Shown one piece after another: positions 31,397 to 39,781 of a stretch of DNA of 64,000 bases. The notes beneath the pieces were generated by a model. It did no database searches. It was given only the letters and a program-made list of their open reading frames with translations, and had not been told where the DNA came from. The translations under genes and the position numbers were made by a program. Source of the stretch: Spirochaetia bacterium (GTDB lineage Bacteria > Spirochaetota > Spirochaetia > UBA9216); contig CAXXYH010000004.1 in assembly GCA_963677925.2 (NCBI GenBank), forward strand, positions 2,016,001 to 2,080,000, written 5' to 3'. The stretch's first letter is position 1. Every line of letters begins with the position of its first letter.

Positions 31397-31397
31397 A

Positions 31398-33446
31398 TCA
31401 GGGAGTAAAGAGTGAGCTTTTAAGCATTTTCAGAAAACTGATTCGGTTAACCGGAATTTCTGTTTCTTTTTCTGCAGGCAGTTCAAGTCCTGTCAGTATA
31501 TTGACTACAGGTTTGGATGTATCGGTCTGTTCCAGTTTTGTAAGTCTTAAAGGTTTAATCAGCTTTTTCTCAATTTCAAATTCTTTCGGCGTTGAAACCT
31601 CAAGCAGGTTGTCAAGCTCAAGCGCCCGTTCTACAAGTCTCAGTTTCCCTCTGTGATCCAGGGCGCCGGCTTCGCCTTTTTCTTCGGGCCTTGTTGAAGT
31701 TGTAAGCTGTGATTGATCCAGAATAAGCTTTTTCTGAATACGTGCTTCAAGATTCTGTTTCTGGGCGGGTGCCATTTTCCTGGCGGCAAGATTTTTCATC
31801 TGTTCTTCAATTACAGCCGCGGCATCATCACAGTGTTCAGTTTTGTAGGCCTTGAATCCGGATGACTCTCTGATTCTGCTGAATCCGGGTATTGAAGCGG
31901 ATGCAGTTTTGTTTCCCTGACTGTGTATTCTGACATCAGGCAGCATTTCAAATCCTGCATTTACAAAAGCCCGCCGCCATTCATTTTCCCTATCCGGATC
32001 CAGGATAAAAACGCCCGGAGCCGGAACAGAAAGAAAGAATTCCTTCAGGTTCGGTGAATGCTCAATAAGCGGAAGTCTTTCTTTAGATACAGTCAGAACT
32101 ACACCGTAGTTGAGATCCATGCTTCTGTACTCTTTTTCCCAGGTCGAAAGTGTAAATGAAAGGTTCTGAGGAAGAGGTCTTCCTGAATATTTTTCAAGAT
32201 CCGAGATTAGCTCTTCCGAAGTGAAGTCAGCATTTCTGAAAGAGGCAAAGCTTGTCTTCTCAAGAATATATGTGCTCACCAGATCATATCGGATCAGTCT
32301 TGAACATAAGGCTGCTGTAAGTTCAGCCTCCATTGTAATTCCCGGCGGAACAGAAATCTCAAAATTAGGCTCAACTCTGAGTACCGTTTCTTTGGGAAAA
32401 GAGGCCGGTTCATTTATACAGTATCTGCTGCCGCAATGACTGATGAACCCGAAGGTTATAAGCGATTTTACCGCGGAAGAGACTTTAACTGAAGGCAGCG
32501 GGTTTGTCCTGCCGAATATTTTCCGGCAGCTGAACATAATACCTTCAAGGATATTTTTCTTATACAGCTGTCCGGGTTCAAGCATACTGAAAAACGAAGA
32601 GTTAAGTTCCGCTGCTGCTGTAAGCTCACCCTGCAGGGCTTCAGTATCCTTTAAAGCTCCTGACCCGGGGGCATGAAAAACCGCTGCGGCTGATAGAAAA
32701 AGCTGCTGTTTTTCCGGAGGCATCCTGGCAAAATCTTTTACTGCGATTATATTAAGTCTTTGATATCCGGATTCTTCCTTTAAAAAGCCGCAGGTTTTAA
32801 TAGTACTGTACAGGCTGATGATTAAATCTTCTGACGAAAGCCCGCTTTGTTTAATTGCCGCATCAAAGGTATCTTCAAATTTTTCTACTATTTTTTTTCT
32901 TGCATTACCGTCAAGGCGGCTGATAAGCGGATTATCCGAGACAAAGGAAAGAAAAGCTGTGATAAGTCTGGTATTGAACCACCTCAGTTCTGTTTTAATA
33001 TCGTGGCCGGGCTCATTCGGGAACAAAAGGGATGTATCAAGTACTCTTTCTTTAAGTTCCTTTTTTAACAGTATATTAAGGCTGAGTTTCCGTGAACTGT
33101 GCTGCTTTTGGTCCCTGTAATCAACTTCTACAAGCAGCCGCTCCTGCAGATTTGCCACCCGGTTATGAAGTTCTATAAAGCTGTAGTTTTTGCCGAAAAA
33201 ACTGCTTAACTCATCTATTGAGACAGGAGAAAGAAGTTCGATTGCGGTTAGAATTTTTCTGTCTTCATCATCAATCAGCTTAAAAAGATTTTCCCTGACC
33301 GATGGTCTGTTAAGCATATTTTCAAGAGAACGGAGGAGGTCATGCTTATTGAAAGGAGTTTTCAAATCACCCAGATAATTCCGCATCAGTTCAAAGAAAA
33401 CGGAATCGGGAAGGGTAAGCATGTTATTCTTCCATTCGTCAATCAA
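31398..33446 (-). CDS. Helicase-associated (XPB-partner, Helicase_C_3-like) protein
   Basis: LRVEPNFEI...LEKYSGRPLPQNLSFTLSTW pattern; overlaps the XPB gene. Confidence 0.75.
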   Translation of the reverse strand: MIDEWKNNMLTLPDSVFFELMRNYLGDLKTPFNKHDLLRSLENMLNRPSVRENLFKLIDDEDRKILTAIELLSPVSIDELSSFFGKNYSFIELHNRVANLQERLLVEVDYRDQKQHSSRKLSLNILLKKELKERVLDTSLLFPNEPGHDIKTELRWFNTRLITAFLSFVSDNPLISRLDGNARKKIVEKFEDTFDAAIKQSGLSSEDLIISLYSTIKTCGFLKEESGYQRLNIIAVKDFARMPPEKQQLFLSAAAVFHAPGSGALKDTEALQGELTAAAELNSSFFSMLEPGQLYKKNILEGIMFSCRKIFGRTNPLPSVKVSSAVKSLITFGFISHCGSRYCINEPASFPKETVLRVEPNFEISVPPGITMEAELTAALCSRLIRYDLVSTYILEKTSFASFRNADFTSEELISDLEKYSGRPLPQNLSFTLSTWEKEYRSMDLNYGVVLTVSKERLPLIEHSPNLKEFFLSVPAPGVFILDPDRENEWRRAFVNAGFEMLPDVRIHSQGNKTASASIPGFSRIRESSGFKAYKTEHCDDAAAVIEEQMKNLAARKMAPAQKQNLEARIQKKLILDQSQLTTSTRPEEKGEAGALDHRGKLRLVERALELDNLLEVSTPKEFEIEKKLIKPLRLTKLEQTDTSKPVVNILTGLELPAEKETEIPVNRISFLKMLKSSLFTP

Positions 33447-35115
33447 CTATATCATCCCATATTTCTATTGAATATTTATACCCCTGCTCAGTGAGGAATT
33501 TCTGTCTGTTTGCCGAAAATGTTTCCTCGGTAGTGTAGTTGGAAACAATCGAATAGAAATACGAATTTCTTTCCTTCGGCCTGAGAATTCTTCCAAGGCG
33601 CTGGGCTTCCTCCTGCCGTGAACCGAAGGTTCCCGAAACCTGAATGGCTACCGAGGCGTCAGGCAGATCTATTGCAAAGTTGGCAACCTTTGAAACCACG
33701 ATGACACGTTCCTCTCCTTCACGGAATTTCTGGTAGATTACCTCACGTTCGCTGTTCGGTGTCTTTCCTGTAATGAGGGGAGCCTTGAGTTTCTTTGCAA
33801 GAAGATGGAGCTGATCCAGATACTGGCCGATGACAATAACCGCGTCTTCCGGATGGTTGTCGATAAGCTGGGTTGTAATCTGAATCTTACGCGGATTTTC
33901 ACTGGCTATTCTGAACTTCTGCCGTTTGTCGGATGCTGCATATTCAATCATCATCCTTTCAGGCATATCCACCCTGATCTCGCAGCAGCTTGCTTCGGCT
34001 ATCCAGCCCTTTGCTTCAAGCTCCTTCCATGGTACGTCAAAGCGCTTCGGGCCGATGAGTGAGAATACGTCGGATTCTCTTCCGTCTTCACGAAGCAGGG
34101 TAGCTGTAAGCCCGAGACGCCTCATTGCCTGTATTTCTGCGGTTACCCTGAATACAGGTGCCGGCAGAAGATGAACCTCGTCATATATGATCAGGCCCCA
34201 TCCGCCTTCAGAGAATATTCTGAAATGGGGAAAATCACTTTCCTTATCAGGGCGCCAGGTCAGAATCTGGTATGTCGCAATTGTAACCGGTTTTATTTCT
34301 TTTTTGGCGCCTGTATATTCGCCGATTTCATCGGCTGTAAGTGAGGTTTTGTCCAGCAGTTCTCTCATCCACTGATGGACAGCCGCAACATTGGTGGTAA
34401 TTATAAGTGTGTTTGTTCTGCACAGATCCATGGTCTTTATACCGACTATGGTTTTTCCCGAGCCGCAGGGAAGTACTACCGTACCGAATCCGTAGCCTCT
34501 TTCTCCGCCGCCGTGAAAGGCGTTCGCTGCATTGTCCTGATAGTCCCGTGTATTGAAGCTGCTGCCGGATGCTGAAATCTCACGGAGACTGAAATCAAGC
34601 GGCTTACCGTCTTTAAGCGGTGCAGTATCTTTTACCGGCCATCCCAGCTTGATAAGTTCGACCTTGACTGTCCCGCGGTCAACCAGTTTTACGAGAAAGC
34701 CGTCACCCTCTCTAATCAGATATTTTGCCAGGCCCTTTCTTGCTTCAAGTTCTGCCACTATATAGCTGTTCTCTGCTTCAAGGAAGAGGAAATCAGGATT
34801 CTCGGTTTCTTTCAGTACGAGCTGTCCGAACCTGTCCACAGTCTGTCTGATAGTAAAACTGACATTTTCAGGAACATCAAATTTCGACCACTTTGAAAGT
34901 CTTTCAAGAATGTTGTCTGCTGAAATTCCGGCGGACGCTGCATTCCACAGAGACAGTGGTGATATTCTGAATGTATGAATATGTTCAGGTGACTTTTCAA
35001 GTTCGGCAAAAGCGGCAATATCAGTACGTGCCTCATCGGCAAAAGGATGATGCACATCCAGCATCAGTGAACTGTCACTTTGTACTATAAGAGGTGTTTT
35101 ATCATCCTTTACCAT
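33439..35115 (-). CDS. XPB/Ssl2-like DNA repair helicase
   Basis: PLIVQSD, ELEKSPEHIHT, LPCGSGKT, DEVH, GLTAT, QRLGRILRP. Confidence 0.93.
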   Translation of the reverse strand: MVKDDKTPLIVQSDSSLMLDVHHPFADEARTDIAAFAELEKSPEHIHTFRISPLSLWNAASAGISADNILERLSKWSKFDVPENVSFTIRQTVDRFGQLVLKETENPDFLFLEAENSYIVAELEARKGLAKYLIREGDGFLVKLVDRGTVKVELIKLGWPVKDTAPLKDGKPLDFSLREISASGSSFNTRDYQDNAANAFHGGGERGYGFGTVVLPCGSGKTIVGIKTMDLCRTNTLIITTNVAAVHQWMRELLDKTSLTADEIGEYTGAKKEIKPVTIATYQILTWRPDKESDFPHFRIFSEGGWGLIIYDEVHLLPAPVFRVTAEIQAMRRLGLTATLLREDGRESDVFSLIGPKRFDVPWKELEAKGWIAEASCCEIRVDMPERMMIEYAASDKRQKFRIASENPRKIQITTQLIDNHPEDAVIVIGQYLDQLHLLAKKLKAPLITGKTPNSEREVIYQKFREGEERVIVVSKVANFAIDLPDASVAIQVSGTFGSRQEEAQRLGRILRPKERNSYFYSIVSNYTTEETFSANRQKFLTEQGYKYSIEIWDDIVD

Positions 35116-35123
35116 AACTGATG

Positions 35124-35152
35124 AGCTTATCAGAGAAAATATTTAGAATCAA
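35124..35152 (-). promoter_or_regulatory. Sigma70-like promoter, near-leaderless, for the XPB gene
   Basis: TTGATT-17-TAAGCT-8nt-ATG. Confidence 0.5.
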
Positions 35153-35165
35153 TACGAAGTGGAAA

Positions 35166-35894
35166 TTAAACCGGCGATGCCGATTTTCCAGCCTTGATTT
35201 TTGATGTTATTGCAGTAAATTTCAGTTCCGCATTTTTCATCTGCGGTTCTTTCATACTTCCTGATGATGTAAGCCGTTCATTGAAAAGCTTGCCCGCTTC
35301 ATTGCTTAAATTTGTATAAACCTTACAGAGTACAGCGTCTGTTTCTTCCGCAAGAAGTATAATAAGAGATTCCCAGTCAATAGCCTTGAGAAGGAAGGAA
35401 ATTTCATAGTCTTCAGCATCAAGAAGCCACTGACCTGATGGAGTGCGTGCTGCCTTATCAGCAGTACAAAGTTCCTTTACATAGGCCTGATAATCAGTGT
35501 TTCTGCCTGTTTTATAAAGTTCGAACTCATCCTCGCCCAGAAAAGAAAGCAGGACTTCCTCTGTAAGACTTTGCGGATCTCCGCGCATGATTGAAAGAAT
35601 TCCTTCCTTAATCATCGTCATCTCAAGAAGCTTTGCACCTGAGCCGCCTCTTACTGCAAGCCTTATATCAAGGATTCTTTCAATAACCGTATATTCGTAG
35701 CCCTTTCCGAGAAGGTTGATGCATTCCCGTAAAAAGAGATTGTTTATGCCTTCGGAATCCTGACTTAAAGCAAGAAGCCCGTCCGTTCTGGCCTTCTTGG
35801 ACTGGTTGAGGATTTCCTTCAACAGAAATACTGATGCTTTTTTTTCTTCGGGAGTACATTTTATAAATTGACTGAATTCTGCGTTGTATACCAT
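35166..35894 (-). CDS. Soluble protein with MotA cytoplasmic-like N-domain and FliG C-terminal-like domain
   Basis: KARTDGLLAL...FL and MIKEGILSI..GD....EE.LLSFL resemble MotA; L.DAEDYEISFLLKAIDWESL...KVYTNLS resembles FliG-C; no TM segments; GGGAGG RBS. Confidence 0.65.
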   Translation of the reverse strand: MVYNAEFSQFIKCTPEEKKASVFLLKEILNQSKKARTDGLLALSQDSEGINNLFLRECINLLGKGYEYTVIERILDIRLAVRGGSGAKLLEMTMIKEGILSIMRGDPQSLTEEVLLSFLGEDEFELYKTGRNTDYQAYVKELCTADKAARTPSGQWLLDAEDYEISFLLKAIDWESLIILLAEETDAVLCKVYTNLSNEAGKLFNERLTSSGSMKEPQMKNAELKFTAITSKIKAGKSASPV

Positions 35895-36049
35895 TTTTTC
35901 CTCCCATCAATGGATTTAATTAATCTTTCTGAAGCTATCACGCAATGACTGTGATATCCGGGAAAAATGGTAATTTGAGATAAAATCAGTAATTAGTACT
36001 ATGAAATTATTAGGAGTAGTAAGTCCGTTCTAATACTCTGCTTTAGCGG

Positions 36050-36078
36050 TTCACATTGTAATGTTTTATAAATATAAT
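36050..36078 (+). promoter_or_regulatory. Sigma70-like promoter, leaderless, for the ECF operon
   Basis: TTCACA-17-TATAAT-7nt-ATG, no SD. Confidence 0.6.
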
Positions 36079-36085
36079 CACACTC

Positions 36086-37588
36086 ATGCGGAAAATTCTT
36101 GATGTTACGCAAATATTTTTTAAATATCCCGATTATCCAGGGTTAAAAGGCAGAGATGTTCTTGAAGATGTTTCATTTGAGATTAAGCCGGGAGAAATTT
36201 GTGTAATTGCAGGAGGTCCTGAATCAGGAAAATCAACACTGGCCGGTATTTCCGCAGGTCTTATCCCTCTTCATACAGGCGGCAGATTGTCCGGACAGGT
36301 TTTTCTTGGTGATACTAATGTTCTTAATACTCCTCCGGCAAAGCTTGTCGGCGAGCGGGGAATTGTTTTTCAGGATCCAGAGAAACAGATTATTACAACA
36401 GTCTGCGGCGCAGAAACAGCCTTTCCTCTGGAATCTCTGGGAGTAGAGAAGAGACTGATGCAGACTGCCGTGACAAAGGCTCTCGAATCTGCCGGGCTTG
36501 CCGGTTATGAGCAGGTTTCCACTTCTGCGCTCTCCGGCGGAGAGAAGAAAAAACTTGGGCTGGCCGGGCTGTTTGCTGTGAGTCCAGGGCTCTGGATTCT
36601 TGACGAGACTATCGAGGAGCTTGATAAACCTACGCGGCACCTTATAATGAAAAGCCTGCGTGATTCAGGAGCTGCAGTTATACTTTTTACTTCCAAGTTT
36701 CTTGAAACATTCGATGAATACGCTGATTCGCTGTATATCCTGAAGGACCGCCGGATTTCGGTAAAGCACCGGCTTCCTGCTTCGTCTGAGCTGAAGAAGC
36801 TGCTTCAGGATAATGATCTTCTATATAAGACAGACATTCAGGAAAGGATATTATCTGACAAAGATCCAGCAGATTCTGCAGAAAGTCTGAGTCGGCCTGT
36901 AATCGAAACTTCAGATATCAGCTATCAATATCCTAATGCAGACTTTGCTGTTTCTGAGATAGATTTACACCTCAGTGAAGGTGAGGTTCTTGCGCTGGCC
37001 GGCAGAAACGGCTGCGGAAAGAGTACCCTTGCCAGAGTTCTCTGCGGGCTGCTTGAGCCGGGGCAGGGGGCAATAAAAATTGATGCTCAACCTGCCGATT
37101 CCGGACTTCTGAACCGTTGTGTAGCGTATATGTTTCAGAATCCTGATTACCAGATTTTTCTGCCAACGGTTGAGCAGGAACTTTCGTGGGGACTCAGAGA
37201 AGCCGGTTTTTCATCCGCGATAATCCATGAGAAGGTTAATGAGGCAGCCGCTCTGTTCAAGCTGCCTGCTATGGATACTCCTCCGGCGATGATGAGCTTC
37301 AGCGCCCGTAAACGCCTTCAGGCTGCTGTGTATTATCTGCTGAAGCGGCGGGTTTTTATTCTTGATGAAGCTGACACCGGGCTTTCATTCCGGGAGTTTA
37401 CAAGTCTCCTTGAGCTTCTTAAAAAAGAATGCAGCGGTATAATCCTGATTACCCATAATATAGAAGTAATTCCGGATACATGTAACAGGGTAATCTGTAT
37501 GGATAAGGGAAGAATATCCTGTGAATTTGTAAAACCTGAATTATCAGTGATTTCTGAATGGTTCAGCGAAAGCGGCGGTGAGAAATGA
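36086..37588 (+). CDS. ECF transporter fused double ATPase (A-A')
   Basis: Two NBDs with VFQDPE and MFQNPD Q-loops; next to EcfT. Confidence 0.88.
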   Translation: MRKILDVTQIFFKYPDYPGLKGRDVLEDVSFEIKPGEICVIAGGPESGKSTLAGISAGLIPLHTGGRLSGQVFLGDTNVLNTPPAKLVGERGIVFQDPEKQIITTVCGAETAFPLESLGVEKRLMQTAVTKALESAGLAGYEQVSTSALSGGEKKKLGLAGLFAVSPGLWILDETIEELDKPTRHLIMKSLRDSGAAVILFTSKFLETFDEYADSLYILKDRRISVKHRLPASSELKKLLQDNDLLYKTDIQERILSDKDPADSAESLSRPVIETSDISYQYPNADFAVSEIDLHLSEGEVLALAGRNGCGKSTLARVLCGLLEPGQGAIKIDAQPADSGLLNRCVAYMFQNPDYQIFLPTVEQELSWGLREAGFSSAIIHEKVNEAAALFKLPAMDTPPAMMSFSARKRLQAAVYYLLKRRVFILDEADTGLSFREFTSLLELLKKECSGIILITHNIEVIPDTCNRVICMDKGRISCEFVKPELSVISEWFSESGGEK

Positions 37589-38373
37589 TAGCCGATAATT
37601 ATCTGGATTGGGAAAGCCTTCTGCACCGCTTTGATCCAAGACTGAAACTGCTGCTGACTCTTGTATCGATTGCTTTTTTCTTCGCAGAGAAAAATGTTCT
37701 CATTCAGGGTGGATTTTTTCTGCTGATTTTTCTGATTTCGGTAATCACAGCCGGCTTTAGAAACTCATTTCACCCGCTTAAGTTGATTTTTCCTATCCTG
37801 ATTCTTACCGCTGTTCTTACACCTGCCTTTCACCGGACGGGCGAGGCTGTCATTACTGTCGGTAATGCAGCTGTCCTGACAGTCGACGGAATGATGCTTG
37901 CGGTCTCTCTGCTGCTCAGGTTTTCCGGAATCACAACAGTTTTCTATGTTTTCTTCAGTTCTACCAGAACTATGGATTTTATACTTGCACTCAGATTTTT
38001 CGGTCTGCCGCATAAGGCTGCGCTTACCACGGAAATTTCACTGCGTTTTATTCCGTATATGTTCAGGATTCATTCCAATATCAACGATGCCCATAAACTG
38101 CGAAGGGCAGGACTAAGTTCTTCTGAAAAAGAGAAAAGCTTTTTAGGATTTATGCACAGGCTGAGAAACCTGTTTCCAGTTCTTACATCAGTACTTATTC
38201 AGGCTGTAAAGAGCATCCCCTCACTTTCGATGGCTCTTGATTCAAAGGGCTTTGGTATGAATGCCGGTCGAACAAGTTACCGGGAACTTCCACTGCTGAA
38301 TAAGTCTTCCGGACAGATACTAATAACAGTTCTTTTTATTGCGGCTCTTGTCATCATTCTTGTCATTGTTTAA
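37585..38373 (+). CDS. ECF transporter transmembrane component EcfT
   Basis: LHRFDPRLK, LRFIP, MALDSKGF. Confidence 0.88.
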   Translation: MIADNYLDWESLLHRFDPRLKLLLTLVSIAFFFAEKNVLIQGGFFLLIFLISVITAGFRNSFHPLKLIFPILILTAVLTPAFHRTGEAVITVGNAAVLTVDGMMLAVSLLLRFSGITTVFYVFFSSTRTMDFILALRFFGLPHKAALTTEISLRFIPYMFRIHSNINDAHKLRRAGLSSSEKEKSFLGFMHRLRNLFPVLTSVLIQAVKSIPSLSMALDSKGFGMNAGRTSYRELPLLNKSSGQILITVLFIAALVIILVIV

Positions 38374-38376
38374 TAT
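38348..38376 (+). promoter_or_regulatory. Internal leaderless promoter for the ECF S component
   Basis: TTGTCA-17-TAATAT-6nt-ATG. Confidence 0.5.
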
Positions 38377-38382
38377 TCCTGC

Positions 38383-38913
38383 ATGAATGATGAAACACAA
38401 AAGAGCGGATTTACATCCGGCAGAATAGCCGCGGTTGCGGTAATGACAGCTGTTACCATGGTATTTACCTATATAGTCCGGGTTCCTGTAGCGCCGACAC
38501 GGGGGTATATAAACCTTGGTGATGTAGCCGTAATGTTCACAGCCTTTACTTTCGGCCCCTTTACAGCCCTGATATCTGGAGGCCTTGGTCCCGCTATTGC
38601 CGATATAGTTTCGGGTTATGCGCAGTGGGCTCCCCTGACTTTTGTTGCCCATGGACTCCAGGGGCTGGCGGCTGCTCTTATTTTCAGAGCAGTGAAGAAA
38701 GAAGTTTTAGGGGTTGTTCTTGGAGGTCTGTCAGGAATGATTATAATGGCCGGACTGTATCTGCTGGGCGGCGGTTTTATGGTCGGCTTTGAAGCAGCGG
38801 CTGTTGAAGCTCCGATGAACCTTCTGCAGAGCGGTGTGGGGCTTGTCGGCGGATATGTTCTTTCAAAGGCAGTCCGTAAGGCATATCCTCCTGTATCCCG
38901 CCTGGCCTGGTAA
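38383..38913 (+). CDS. ECF transporter S component
   Basis: GYINLGD, GLGPAIAD..SGY..WAP.T..AHG.QG. Confidence 0.88.
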   Translation: MNDETQKSGFTSGRIAAVAVMTAVTMVFTYIVRVPVAPTRGYINLGDVAVMFTAFTFGPFTALISGGLGPAIADIVSGYAQWAPLTFVAHGLQGLAAALIFRAVKKEVLGVVLGGLSGMIIMAGLYLLGGGFMVGFEAAAVEAPMNLLQSGVGLVGGYVLSKAVRKAYPPVSRLAW

Positions 38914-38923
38914 TTCACTATCA

Positions 38924-39781
38924 ATGAAATATAACGGAAGAATCATAGATTTTCATACTCATATTCAGCCTGCGGATGTTATTTCAGACAGGATTCCCTA
39001 TGTCGGGACTGAACCGGATTTCAGCCTCCTGTATTCTGATCCGGAGGCAAAGTTGTCAGGACCGGAAGATAATCTGGCAATGATGGATAAGTACGGGGTC
39101 AGCTCTTCGGTAATTCTGGGATTCGCCTGGAGGAATGAAAAGACACTGCGGCTTCATAACGATACTATTATTGAATCTGTTAAAAAATATCCGGGAAGTT
39201 TTTACGGCTTCTGCTGTGTCTATCCCTTCAGTACTGGTGCGGCCTCTGAAGCTGCACGCTGTCTGGAGTCCGGGGCTTCCGGGATAGGTGAAATCGGACT
39301 GTACGACAGGGATCTTGATCGGGAATATATTGAGGCCATGGAGCCGGTGATGAAGGTCTGCCGGGATTTCGACCGCCCTGTGATGATGCATGTGAATGAG
39401 CCTGTAGGTCATGTCTATGACGGCAAGGCGCCCATGTCTATCAAGGGCATCTATGATTTTGTCCGTGAGTATCCCGATAACCGTATTGTCCTTGCTCATT
39501 GGGGCGGGGGGCTTTTCTTTTTCAGTTCACTTAAAAAGGAAGTCGGTGATGTACTTAAAAACGTATGGTATGACAGTGCGGCATCACCGTACCTTTTTAA
39601 ACCGTCTGTATGGAAGCTTGCCGCAGAAACTGTCGGTGTCGAGAAAATACTCTTCGGTACAGATTTTCCTCTGCTTACAGCTAAACGATTCTTGGAAGAA
39701 CTTGAGAACAGCGGATTCAGTAACGAAGAGCTTGAGATGATTTTTTTCAGGAATGCTCTGAAGCTGCTTAATTTGCAGTAA
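38924..39781 (+). CDS. Amidohydrolase family protein
   Basis: IIDFHTH, GIGE, MMH, LAHWGG, LFGTDFP; start MKYNGR. Confidence 0.88.
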   Translation: MKYNGRIIDFHTHIQPADVISDRIPYVGTEPDFSLLYSDPEAKLSGPEDNLAMMDKYGVSSSVILGFAWRNEKTLRLHNDTIIESVKKYPGSFYGFCCVYPFSTGAASEAARCLESGASGIGEIGLYDRDLDREYIEAMEPVMKVCRDFDRPVMMHVNEPVGHVYDGKAPMSIKGIYDFVREYPDNRIVLAHWGGGLFFFSSLKKEVGDVLKNVWYDSAASPYLFKPSVWKLAAETVGVEKILFGTDFPLLTAKRFLEELENSGFSNEELEMIFFRNALKLLNLQ

